NCBI GenBank assembly: GCA_963705295.1
Contig: OY970065.1
Location: forward strand, 864,001-928,000
Origin: Parachlamydiales bacterium
GTDB taxonomy: Bacteria; Chlamydiota; Chlamydiia; Chlamydiales; Rhabdochlamydiaceae
DNA: 64,000 nt
Direction: 5' to 3'
The translations under genes and the position numbers were made by a program. Shown piece after piece: positions 22,611 through 31,075 of this stretch; within the stretch, counting starts at the first letter, position 1, and every line of letters begins with the position of its first letter. The notes under the pieces were generated by a model. The model saw only the letters and a program-made list of their open reading frames with translations. It ran no database searches and was not told the origin of the DNA.

Positions 22611-23693
22611 ATGGCTGAAAGAGAGAATATTGAAAAACGAATTTCGAGTACTGGCAAAATCAGCTACAGAGCCAGAATTGAGCTCAAGGGATACAAAAGG
22701 CTATCTGCCACTTTTGCATCCAAAACAAAAGCTAAGCTTTGGAAGCAGCAGACCGAAGGTGCAATGCGAGAAGGGCGATATTTCAAAACGATTGAGTCAA
22801 GGAAGCATACTATTGGAGAACTAGCAGATAGATATATTCGCGATGTCCTTCCTACAAAACCCAAAAGCTATAATAAGCAGAAGGCTCAGTTGCTTTGGTG
22901 GAAAGATCAATTAGGGCATCGTCTTTTGTTTGACCTCACGCCTGCATTAATTGGAGAGTGTCGAGATGTTTTAGCTTCTCAAACCACGTATAGAGGTACG
23001 AAAAGATCCTCTGCAACAGTGGTGAGATATCTTGCTGCTCTTTCGCATGCCCTAAGTACTGCGCTCAAAGAATGGGGTTGGTTAGAAGACAGCCCCATGA
23101 GAAAAGTTACAAAACCAAAAGAACCTCGAGGACGTGTTCGTTACTTGAGTTCCGAAGAGCGACATGCATTATTAGAAGCATGTAAACAAAGCAGTTCTAG
23201 CTACCTTTATCCCATTGTAATTTTAGGTCTTTCAACTGGAATGAGACAGATGGAAATCCTGAATCTTAAATGGAAGGATATTGATTTGGAAAAGGGGATC
23301 ATAATTCTTCATGAAACAAAAAATGATGAAAGACGGTGTGTTCCATTAGCAGGGCATGCACTGGAACTCATCAAACAATTATCCGCTACACGTAAAAATA
23401 TTTCCCCCTTTCTTTTCCCTTCAAACAAGCTATCGAAGAACAAACCATATAATATTAGGTCTCCATGGGAAAATGCTGTTAAAATGGCTGGAATAAAGGA
23501 TTTTCGATTTCACGATCTAAGACACGATTTTGCCAGCCAACTTTTGGCTTCGGGAGCAAGCCTTGCACAACTTTCAGAAGTCCTAGGTCATAAAACTCTC
23601 CAAATGATCAAAAGATATGCACACCTTTGTCAATCGCAAGCAGCCGACGTAGTTGCAAAGATGAATGATAGGTTATTTGAAAGAATTGTATGA
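22611..23693 (+). CDS. Site-specific tyrosine integrase
   Basis: TGMRQMEIL, TKN, FHDLRH, LGHK and RYAH catalytic residues. An AAGGA SD precedes ATG 22611. Confidence 0.96.
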   Translation: MAERENIEKRISSTGKISYRARIELKGYKRLSATFASKTKAKLWKQQTEGAMREGRYFKTIESRKHTIGELADRYIRDVLPTKPKSYNKQKAQLLWWKDQLGHRLLFDLTPALIGECRDVLASQTTYRGTKRSSATVVRYLAALSHALSTALKEWGWLEDSPMRKVTKPKEPRGRVRYLSSEERHALLEACKQSSSSYLYPIVILGLSTGMRQMEILNLKWKDIDLEKGIIILHETKNDERRCVPLAGHALELIKQLSATRKNISPFLFPSNKLSKNKPYNIRSPWENAVKMAGIKDFRFHDLRHDFASQLLASGASLAQLSEVLGHKTLQMIKRYAHLCQSQAADVVAKMNDRLFERIV

Positions 23694-23815
23694 GCAATGT
23701 TGTTTCTGATTATCAAATTAACTAAAATATTTATTTAAATAAAGTTATTTATAATATTGATATAAAGAGCCAATATATTCTATTGTTTTCTTTATCAAAT
23801 TTTAAAAGGAATACT

Positions 23816-24172
23816 ATGAATCGCTCTATAATTTTTGGCATCTCATTTTTTTCTTATATCTGTTCAGTAAACGCCACCCAAATTCAAGTACTTCCTCCAG
23901 CCAGTAGTTTTGGTGGGCAAATGGGCGAAAAACTGGGTAAAGGATTTAGCGAGGGACTAGAACAAGGGATTAAAGAAAGGCGGAGGAGAAAAGAACAGGA
24001 GAAAAATACAAAACTTCTTCAGCAGCTTCTAAAGGATTATCACCCTTCGAGTAACTTTGAGTATGTAATCCGCATTTTGCAAAGCTCACTTCCTGAAGAT
24101 TTAAAAAAACTTACGATCAATGTGTTGAATGAGCAGCATGAGAGATATTTAAAAGAAAACAGGAGAAAATGA
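23816..24172 (+). CDS. Hypothetical exported protein (element cargo)
   Basis: Signal-peptide-like N-terminus after AAGGA SD, with ATGA overlap to the next gene. Confidence 0.65.
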   Translation: MNRSIIFGISFFSYICSVNATQIQVLPPASSFGGQMGEKLGKGFSEGLEQGIKERRRRKEQEKNTKLLQQLLKDYHPSSNFEYVIRILQSSLPEDLKKLTINVLNEQHERYLKENRRK

Positions 24173-24411
24173 TGAAAAAAGGACTTTCAAGTCTATTGCT
24201 GATATTTTTAACAACCTCCTCGCTTTATGGGGATTACTACTTAGATGAAAATGGCCAACTTGAAGGATTTGTTCAGGAGAACGGATCAAATGGATATATC
24301 ATCCTGGATAAGAATGGACATGTTGAATCATATATTCAAGAAAATGGTGATAGTGGGTCCATGATCTTAGATTCAGAAGGTCACGTAGAGGGTTTTTATC
24401 AAGAAGACTAG
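24169..24411 (+). CDS. Small acidic exported repeat protein (element cargo)
   Basis: Signal peptide followed by three ~20-aa LDxxGxxE..xQE repeats. Confidence 0.7.
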   Translation: MMKKGLSSLLLIFLTTSSLYGDYYLDENGQLEGFVQENGSNGYIILDKNGHVESYIQENGDSGSMILDSEGHVEGFYQED

Positions 24412-24419
24412 GGCTTGAT

Positions 24420-24692
24420 TTAGCAAGTGTTGAAAATGTACGTCTGCCTGGCTCTATTAATTAATTCTCTAGTAAGTTTCCTGTCTTTTAATGCTTCATG
24501 CGAATAAAAACCGTGCTTCCAATTCGCTTGTTGTGAATTTTTAAATCCCAAAAGCGTTTTTGGGCCTCTGCAATACCCTCCATGAAGACGACAGCGTCCA
24601 TTTTTCATAGCAGGCTGCTCACAAGGTTGACCTGCTTTGCGTTTTGATCTAGCACCGCAGAGGACAAGAGATCCATCCTCGGAATCAAACAT
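24420..24692 (-). CDS. HGGxSTG-domain protein
   Basis: CGARSKR..GQPC..PAMKNGRCRLHGGYCRGPKT...NWKHGFYS. Confidence 0.85.
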   Translation of the reverse strand: MFDSEDGSLVLCGARSKRKAGQPCEQPAMKNGRCRLHGGYCRGPKTLLGFKNSQQANWKHGFYSHEALKDRKLTRELINRARQTYIFNTC

Positions 24693-25251
24693 TCCCCCCA
24701 CCCCCTGAGAGAATATCTCCAATGATAGCTTTAGATTGATCATTGACATTGATATGTTGTACGACGACTTTCTGTTCACCTTTTCTGCGATACTGGATTA
24801 GCTTTTCAATTGTCTCATTTTTTAGACGAAGGAGTTTGACAGCAATGTTGATAGCACTCTCAACGTGGCAGAGCAGATTGTTGTCATTTTCAGCGCGGGC
24901 CAAATATCGCATTCCTTGAGCATTCAAAGCAATAATCTGCGAGCAAAGCATACCTTCCATCGAATCTTGAGGGGAGAGGTTCTTTAAAGCTCGAAAGGTT
25001 GTTTGCAGGGCAACATCTTGAGGAATGTTTTTAGGAAAGGCTTCACTGGTCGATTTAATGAGACTTAAACACAACTCCTCATTAAAAGTACCACTGATTT
25101 CTTTGCAGTTCTCATTATCTTGTTGAGTTTTTGTTGAGGTTGCCAAAGAGCTGGCTGTCTTTGTATGAATTTTGGAATTGCAAAAAGGATCTTCTCGATG
25201 ATTAGATTTACAACCATTTTGATCGTTATTTTTTAAATTTGATTGCTTCAT
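24685..25251 (-). CDS. Hypothetical protein typically found beside HGGxSTG genes
   Basis: PQDSMEGMLCSQ and C-terminal RRKGEQKVVVQHINV...AIIG (recognised from memory). Confidence 0.75.
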   Translation of the reverse strand: MKQSNLKNNDQNGCKSNHREDPFCNSKIHTKTASSLATSTKTQQDNENCKEISGTFNEELCLSLIKSTSEAFPKNIPQDVALQTTFRALKNLSPQDSMEGMLCSQIIALNAQGMRYLARAENDNNLLCHVESAINIAVKLLRLKNETIEKLIQYRRKGEQKVVVQHINVNDQSKAIIGDILSGGGGNV

Positions 25252-25304
25252 AGAAATACTGCTGCTCTCAATCGGATAAAATAATTATTCTATACCATAG
25301 CTTT

Positions 25305-26291
25305 TCATTTCATTCCTACCTCAACCCATTGACGTAGGTTGACCCCTTCTTTAAACGCATCACCAGGACTTTTACCTCTAGGTACTGGCCAAGGTTTAAT
25401 GTGAGGATAGGTATCCTTCCAAAATTTATATGCTTTTTTGCCTGGCTCATCGAAGTCCAATGCAAATAATATAAGGCGAGACTTCTTTAAGAGAGTGTCA
25501 GTCCGAATATCGGGTTTTTTCCCAACTCCTCCTATTGCTATACAGCAACACAGATCATTAGCAATTTGTTGAAGAAGCATTGCATCTAACTCCGATTCAA
25601 CTAAAACAATCACATCGAAGATATTTCCATAGATAGAGGGGGCCTTCATGCTGCCAGTTATTTCTGCATATTTCGGTAATGTGTCTTCAGGATGCCAATC
25701 GGTCCTCCTAATTTTCAATTTCACGAGTTGTCCATTTTCATAAGTTGGTATGACAATTCCACGGGGCAACCAAATCTTGCGTTTCTCTCCGGTTCTAGGG
25801 AAGCCCCATAAGTTCGGTGCTTCAAATTTATTTGATTCATTCCAGCCTAAGATAAAAGTTTGGGCGGTATGTATAGAGAAACCACGATTTTTAATGATAG
25901 AGAGGCCAAAGGGTGTGTTAAACATTCTTGTGTGAGAGTTCGATGCAAATCGCATCCCTTGTTCCTGCCATTCACGGGAAGGAATGCTAGCAGGTTGTGG
26001 TGTGAATATTTTATGACTAAATCTTTTCCCCAAATGCATTTTTGGTTCAGCACCAACCTTTTCACAAGCTTCGTGATAATCGAGGTTTAAAAAATCCCTG
26101 CAAAATTGGATTAAATCACCTTTACAGTTACATTGACGGCACCAATATCGACCGATTTTGTCCCAAATGATGAATCTATCCTTGCCTTGGCATGAAGGAC
26201 AAGGAGAGTGATATTCACCACCATTAGTAGAAGATGTGCGTTTCGGATGTAAGTTAACCTCTTCTGCAAGATCAATCAGGTTCATAGACAT
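25305..26291 (-). CDS. DNA primase: N-terminal zinc-binding domain (P4 alpha-like) plus TOPRIM
   Basis: CPSCQGKDRF...WCRQC..GD, VESELDA and DFDEPG. Confidence 0.85.
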   Translation of the reverse strand: MSMNLIDLAEEVNLHPKRTSSTNGGEYHSPCPSCQGKDRFIIWDKIGRYWCRQCNCKGDLIQFCRDFLNLDYHEACEKVGAEPKMHLGKRFSHKIFTPQPASIPSREWQEQGMRFASNSHTRMFNTPFGLSIIKNRGFSIHTAQTFILGWNESNKFEAPNLWGFPRTGEKRKIWLPRGIVIPTYENGQLVKLKIRRTDWHPEDTLPKYAEITGSMKAPSIYGNIFDVIVLVESELDAMLLQQIANDLCCCIAIGGVGKKPDIRTDTLLKKSRLILFALDFDEPGKKAYKFWKDTYPHIKPWPVPRGKSPGDAFKEGVNLRQWVEVGMK

Positions 26292-26293
26292 TT

Positions 26294-26908
26294 TCAGCTT
26301 AAGATTTCAGAGATGAGTTTAAACTTTTGTCGGCATATTTCCAAATCAGGGAAGCTGTATTCATCGTCCTCTCTTTTCAAAATCTTGTCCAAAAAGTTCT
26401 CTAGAATCTGTTCTGCAGCAAAATTCCAATATTTCCCGTTTTTTTGGCACCAAGCTCGAAAATCTATGAACAATGATTGGACATTATGACTACGTTCAGG
26501 CCAACCAATGATTCTACCGACGGAGGATTGAGATGGTTCGATATGACCTTCATTAAGCATGATACTGATCCAATCAAGAACATTTTCCATTGTATTGTTT
26601 TTTGCGTGTGGAACGTGTGGAAAGGTGAGAAATTCACATAACCCATTAGGAGTTAATTGGATATTGGTGGGATTGTTTTCTACACTTCCCTTTTTCATGC
26701 GTGTAGAAAGGTGAGAAAAATGCTCCGACAAATCTTTTTTTGTCTCACCATTCTCACCAATGATCATTGGTTCGTGTGGAAAAGTTTTAGAACTCTGCGA
26801 ACCATTTTTCTCTCTATGAAAAACTGTTGTAACACATTTTTTGTCGCACCTATTCTCACCATTCTCACCAGAAAAACGGGAGGGTTGTTCAGAAATTGGG
26901 TTGATCAT
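26294..26908 (-). CDS. Hypothetical protein whose 5' half overlaps a putative origin
   Basis: 204-aa ORF with ATGA overlap to the DUF927 stop. The DNA repeats translate as GENGE twice. Confidence 0.65.
   Translation of the reverse strand: MINPISEQPSRFSGENGENRCDKKCVTTVFHREKNGSQSSKTFPHEPMIIGENGETKKDLSEHFSHLSTRMKKGSVENNPTNIQLTPNGLCEFLTFPHVPHAKNNTMENVLDWISIMLNEGHIEPSQSSVGRIIGWPERSHNVQSLFIDFRAWCQKNGKYWNFAAEQILENFLDKILKREDDEYSFPDLEICRQKFKLISEILS
26605..26869. other. Putative iteron-containing replication origin
   Basis: Six TCTCACC/GGTGAGA copies in two orientations plus four CGTGT(G/A)GAA copies, directly downstream of the helicase gene. Confidence 0.65.
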
Positions 26909-28776
26909 TCTTCTATCCCCATTACATTGTCTGTAAATCGATAGACGCGTTTGGATTTTGCCATACCAGGTAGCTTTTCGCTACGGGTAGGCTTTCCCTT
27001 CGAGTCCGGCATCAAAAATCCATTTTTAATGCAGGTTTTGGCAACCTGAACAGGGTCTAAACCCCGACAAAGGTCGCTCTTAAAAACTTCCGTAAATAAA
27101 AAATATTCCGTTCCTCCTTCACCATCATTCTTACGAAATCCAGCTCGTTGGATTGTTTGATGGGAATCATGAGCATCCCATGGAGTGAATCGACTTGTTC
27201 CATGAGTTTGGAAGAAGTGCATCACCTGAGCAATAATTGTTCTCTCCTCCTGAGGGCCAAAAGTTCCCCGGTTTTTTAGCCATGCCTCAAAGCAGAATTT
27301 CACTGCGGCGGTCGCAGTACCAGATTCCCACCCTGTGATGCCAAAAAAAGAGGCGAGCTCCCCAGCAGCAGAGATAAGACCGAATCTTCGAGCAACACGA
27401 AAGACTTGCCCATCGGAAGCTTCAGGAACATAGCTAAACATGAAGTTTTCTATGTACTTTTTTATGAGCGGCTCAATTTCTGCCTTTTTCTCTACCAAGT
27501 TTCTTAAAAATTCTCGTGAGGGAACACCATATGTTTTTTTGGTTGCTTCACCTAGAGCGTTGCTGAAAGAAGATCCATTTTGATAACCGTGTAATTCTTC
27601 GAACATGCCATATTTCAGTCCCTCTGCTGGGATGTCTACAAGGCGCACTTCTTGGCCAGCTCTTGCCTTTTTGCCCGCTTCAACCATATGGGTAGCTAGA
27701 GATATTTCACCTGTTGAGAGGAAAACGAGCGACCATGATGATTTTTCTTTAGCATTCCCCGATTGCGTGGACCTTAACTTTCCTGATCCATTAGCGAGCA
27801 TGTAGGCAATTTCTCCCGCAGCTTCAGGGTTTACTTGAGAAAGTTCGTCGAGACACAAAAGTGCATCATTATGGTTAGAAGCACAAGCCTCTAGTCCATT
27901 GGAGGTAGCTCTCCAGCGTTGCATGTGTTCTGGACCGCCCCAGATCGAAGCTGCAACAAGTAACGTGGTTGTTTTGCCAGTCGAGCTTGCGCCTCTGAAG
28001 TGGAATCCGCCGCTTTCCATATTCAAAATTTTCAGAAGGGGAGGGGAGAATGCAGCGCAGACACTGAAGAGAAGTAGATTGTTTCTTTCACACAGTCTCC
28101 CAATTTGTTCTTTCCAATCGTCTAAAGATCCCTTTGTCTCGTATTCTATTGAACAGGGCGAGGTCGTTTGCAATATCACTTCTTCTTTTCCTTTTGGCCC
28201 GATTGTTAAATCAGGAAGAACGAAATACTCTCCTCGATGCCACCCCGTTCTATTTACACACCTTATTCGTTGTTTAGGGCGCGAAGATTGAATGTAGATG
28301 GTTAAAATCTGCCTTGCTCCTTTAGCGGGAGAAATCTCGAGTCCCATTGATAAAAGAACGGCTCTATACTGTGTTCCATCACCCGATAAAAGCTCCATAG
28401 GCATAGCCCATTTCTTGCGAATTCCATCGACGTCTGAAAATTCCAGCAAGCGACCGAAATTCTTATTATTGTCATCGCGAACAATAGCTCCTATTTCAAG
28501 CCTCTGACAAATGCGAATAGGAGAAGGTGGATCCTCTTGATCGGGTTTACCTTCTGGCTGGAACATCAAATGATTCCCGTGAAAATAGAAACCTTCAGGG
28601 AGTTTTGTAGATTCATATTCCTCTTCGAGCTCTGAAGCTCGTTTTATCGATGCTAAAGTATCTAAGTTTGTCTCAGTGGATAAGGAAATATCTATCTGAG
28701 GCTGTTCAGAAATAGGTTGTTCTGGAAAAACACAAAAAGTATTATTAGTCATGTTTAAGGTTCCTGTTATTATCAA
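26905..28776 (-). CDS. DUF927-domain putative replicative helicase (start may be 28752)
   Basis: RCVNRTGWH, ESGGFHFRGASSTGKTT, LDELSQ, YMLANGSGK and LSTGE. Confidence 0.92.
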   Translation of the reverse strand: MIITGTLNMTNNTFCVFPEQPISEQPQIDISLSTETNLDTLASIKRASELEEEYESTKLPEGFYFHGNHLMFQPEGKPDQEDPPSPIRICQRLEIGAIVRDDNNKNFGRLLEFSDVDGIRKKWAMPMELLSGDGTQYRAVLLSMGLEISPAKGARQILTIYIQSSRPKQRIRCVNRTGWHRGEYFVLPDLTIGPKGKEEVILQTTSPCSIEYETKGSLDDWKEQIGRLCERNNLLLFSVCAAFSPPLLKILNMESGGFHFRGASSTGKTTTLLVAASIWGGPEHMQRWRATSNGLEACASNHNDALLCLDELSQVNPEAAGEIAYMLANGSGKLRSTQSGNAKEKSSWSLVFLSTGEISLATHMVEAGKKARAGQEVRLVDIPAEGLKYGMFEELHGYQNGSSFSNALGEATKKTYGVPSREFLRNLVEKKAEIEPLIKKYIENFMFSYVPEASDGQVFRVARRFGLISAAGELASFFGITGWESGTATAAVKFCFEAWLKNRGTFGPQEERTIIAQVMHFFQTHGTSRFTPWDAHDSHQTIQRAGFRKNDGEGGTEYFLFTEVFKSDLCRGLDPVQVAKTCIKNGFLMPDSKGKPTRSEKLPGMAKSKRVYRFTDNVMGIEE

Positions 28777-28816
28777 AAGCCCCCTTAGAGCTGCTACTCA
28801 AGAGGGCAAGTTTGGG

Positions 28817-29044
28817 TTAAATTCTCAGATCAAATGCTAATCGCTTAATCCAGGTCTCATAATCTAGGGGATCTGGGGTTTTTTTGTTTAATTCATAGTC
28901 ATAATAAGGATTTCTTCGAGTAGATTGTGCTGATCGCTCTTTCATCCTCTTTTTTAAGAATCTATGATTGTGCATCGGCGCGGTCATTTTCATCACCTCC
29001 TTTGCGCAGGTTATGTTATTCATTGCATCCTCCATTTTTTTCAT
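28817..29044 (-). CDS. Small hypothetical protein
   Basis: 75-aa ORF in the co-oriented overlapping run. Confidence 0.5.
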   Translation of the reverse strand: MKKMEDAMNNITCAKEVMKMTAPMHNHRFLKKRMKERSAQSTRRNPYYDYELNKKTPDPLDYETWIKRLAFDLRI

Positions 29045-29237
29045 TTTGTTCTTTTACAAAACGAATAATCTCTCGAGGGAGAATATAGCGCCTTCTGCCA
29101 ACTTTTCTTGAGCAGCGACGTCTAAATTCATCATCTCTAAAGATCTTCCATGCAATAGCACTTTCAGTCATGAATGGGAGAATTTCTGGGCCTTGTTTGA
29201 TCGTTGCAATCTCGGGAATTTCTTCAGTTTCTTCCAT
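29016..29237 (-). CDS. Putative excisionase/AlpA-like DNA-binding protein
   Basis: 73 aa with a KVGRRRYI wing motif, at the head of the replication module after AAGGA SD. Confidence 0.6.
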   Translation of the reverse strand: MEETEEIPEIATIKQGPEILPFMTESAIAWKIFRDDEFRRRCSRKVGRRRYILPREIIRFVKEQNEKNGGCNE

Positions 29238-29472
29238 ATTTTTTCCTTTTTATGGTTGTTTAGGATTGTAGAGGCAAGCCTTTCAATGCGACGACTTGCT
29301 TTCGTCATTTTTGCAAACGCAAAGAATTTATTTTGAATTGCGGCGCTTTTTCTTAAAAATCCAGCCTAAGAAATAAAATGGTCGTAAATTTCTACAGAGA
29401 GAAAGGATGGTGAGCTATGAAAATGCCGCAAATGAATGCCGCAAGTAAGGTTTAGATAAAAAAGAAGTGTTG

Positions 29473-30162
29473 CTAATCTTTAATTTTAGCCGAGCATAAC
29501 TCATCAAATTCTGATGAAATGGTAAGGGCTATTAGCTTTTTTTTGACTAATTTAACAAGATTATCTTTACGATTTTTAGGAACATTTCCTTTCCCTTTTT
29601 CTAGGTATACTCTAGCAAAAGGCTGACAGTTTCGATTGCTTTCAATTTTGTTTGATATCATTCTCATTGTTCTTTGATCTAATAATTCAACATCTCGTGT
29701 ATCTCTATATTGTTTCATTATTTCAAGCACTTCTAAATCTGATTCGATCAGATTACGGGCTATATTGGAGGGGATTCCTGTTGGTTTTCCAATCAAATAT
29801 TTTTCAAGAAAACGATTCATATGTTGGCTGGGTTGTATATCAGAATGATATAACCAAAGAAGCCATTTCCCAAGATCAGATACCTTGATCCAATATCTAC
29901 GCTCTATATGAAGATCTGCGGAAGCTGGTAGTTTTCCACAATGGATAGCTTCAAGGGCTTTGTCGTAAATAATAAACTCTTCAGTAAAATGACTAAAATA
30001 TTCATACGATTCAAAATAAGATCCAGGAAATTTACCTGAAAATAAAGAAAATAGACCTGAAAGAGTCAACGCATCTTTTAGCAAAAATTTTTCAAAAACT
30101 ATGCTATCTTTTACTCCACTATTCGCAAATTGAATCATTACTTCAATGAAGCCGTCCGTCAT
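29473..30162 (-). CDS. Hypothetical protein translationally coupled to the antitoxin
   Basis: 229-aa AT-rich ORF whose ATG overlaps the antitoxin TGA. Confidence 0.7.
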   Translation of the reverse strand: MTDGFIEVMIQFANSGVKDSIVFEKFLLKDALTLSGLFSLFSGKFPGSYFESYEYFSHFTEEFIIYDKALEAIHCGKLPASADLHIERRYWIKVSDLGKWLLWLYHSDIQPSQHMNRFLEKYLIGKPTGIPSNIARNLIESDLEVLEIMKQYRDTRDVELLDQRTMRMISNKIESNRNCQPFARVYLEKGKGNVPKNRKDNLVKLVKKKLIALTISSEFDELCSAKIKD

Positions 30163-30455
30163 GCAGCGGCGGGTCTGATGGAGATGTCAAGATTACAAGC
30201 TTGCAAGATGGCTAAAAGGGATTGAAGACGAGGGTTGCCACGCTGTGATAGAGTGCGATATAAACTTTCTCTGTTTAGATCCGTCTCTTTGGCAAGCTTA
30301 GCAACGCCGCCATTTGCATCGGCGATGTCTTTTAAGGCGATAAGAAATACTTTTGGATCTTCATCTTCTAAAGCAGCATTTAGATAAGCTGCGGCAGCTT
30401 TAGGGTCTTGCAGACGTTTGAAAAGATGCTCTTTATAATTCCTGAATTTTTTCAT
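30159..30455 (-). CDS. Addiction module antidote protein (HTH; HI1420-like)
   Basis: AAAYLNAALE...ALKDIADANGGVAKLAKETDLNRESLYRTLS.RGNP, with ATGA overlap to the toxin. Confidence 0.92.
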   Translation of the reverse strand: MKKFRNYKEHLFKRLQDPKAAAAYLNAALEDEDPKVFLIALKDIADANGGVAKLAKETDLNRESLYRTLSQRGNPRLQSLLAILQACNLDISIRPAAA

Positions 30456-30796
30456 TTTTTTCTCCTTGATTTGCTTTGTAAGCAATCCTCCCAAAATTCT
30501 TTGGCCTTCTTGATATCCTTTTTTTGGGAGGACTTGTCCCCTCCACATAACAAAATCACAATTGTTTTTCCTCTCATGCCATAATAAATACGATAACCCG
30601 GGCCGTAATGGATTTTCAGTTCATAAACTCCATTGCCTACAGGTTCTCTATTACCAAAATTCCCGCCCCTTACTCGAGCTAATCGGGTGCTGACTATTGC
30701 TTGCGCATCTCTGCTTAGGCGCGATTCCCATTCTGTATAAGGCTCCTTCCCTGAAGGCAATGCGTATAGCTCAATCTCAATGGAGTCCATATACAT
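30452..30796 (-). CDS. Type II toxin, RelE/ParE superfamily (HI1419-like addiction module killer)
   Basis: RLARVRGGNFG..EPVGNGVYELKIHYGPGYRIYY...LLCGGDKSSQKKDI. Confidence 0.93.
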   Translation of the reverse strand: MYMDSIEIELYALPSGKEPYTEWESRLSRDAQAIVSTRLARVRGGNFGNREPVGNGVYELKIHYGPGYRIYYGMRGKTIVILLCGGDKSSQKKDIKKAKEFWEDCLQSKSRRKK

Positions 30797-30800
30797 TCAT

Positions 30801-30829
30801 ATGGTAGCAAATAAGCTACATTAGGTCAA
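30801..30829 (-). promoter_or_regulatory. Sigma70-type promoter with embedded operator for the TA operon
   Basis: TTGACC-17 nt-TACCAT, with palindrome GTAGC-N6-GCTAC at 30804-30819. Confidence 0.75.
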
Positions 30830-30968
30830 GCCTGTGGGGGATTCTTGGGGGAATAGATGGCAAAACGTCACAATTTTTGACAATGTATGCCAATCAGGAA
30901 ATTCGTCTAAGTTGCTAATCATACGGTTGTTAAGTGCTGTCTTTAATTGCTGATAGTTGGATTCTTAT

Positions 30969-31035
30969 GACTGTAAATCCCTCGTCTTCGGACTTCGTGT
31001 GTTCGAGTCACACCGCCCCCAAATCCTCTATAGAA
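30969..31035 (+). repeat. attR: 67-bp duplicate of the tRNA-Tyr 3' end
   Basis: Identical to 22238-22304. The tRNA 5' half is absent. Confidence 0.96.
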
Positions 31036-31043
31036 TTAGAGTG

Positions 31044-31068
31044 AAAAAGGGCCCATTTCTAGGCCCTT
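31044..31068 (-). terminator. Intrinsic terminator after hicB
   Basis: Minus strand reads AAGGGCCTAGAAATGGGCCCTTTTT. Confidence 0.65.
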
Positions 31069-31075
31069 AAATAAA

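Larger units (their letters stand above)
22238..31035. mobile_element. tRNA-Tyr-integrated ~8.7-kb element resembling a phage satellite (PICI/P4-like replication module, no capsid genes)
   Basis: att direct repeats, tyrosine integrase beside attL, primase plus DUF927 helicase, small HTH-like genes and a TA pair. Confidence 0.92.

Noticed and set aside
28780..28808. Small hairpin upstream of the helicase as a P4 CI-like regulatory RNA
   Set aside because: Only a short imperfect stem, with no complementary target sites identified by eye.
30969..31021. Second tRNA-Tyr gene
   Set aside because: Lacks the 5' acceptor strand and D arm. It is the att duplication.
22238..31035. Complete prophage or conjugative ICE
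   Set aside because: No structural, lysis, relaxase or mating-pair genes lie between the att sites.
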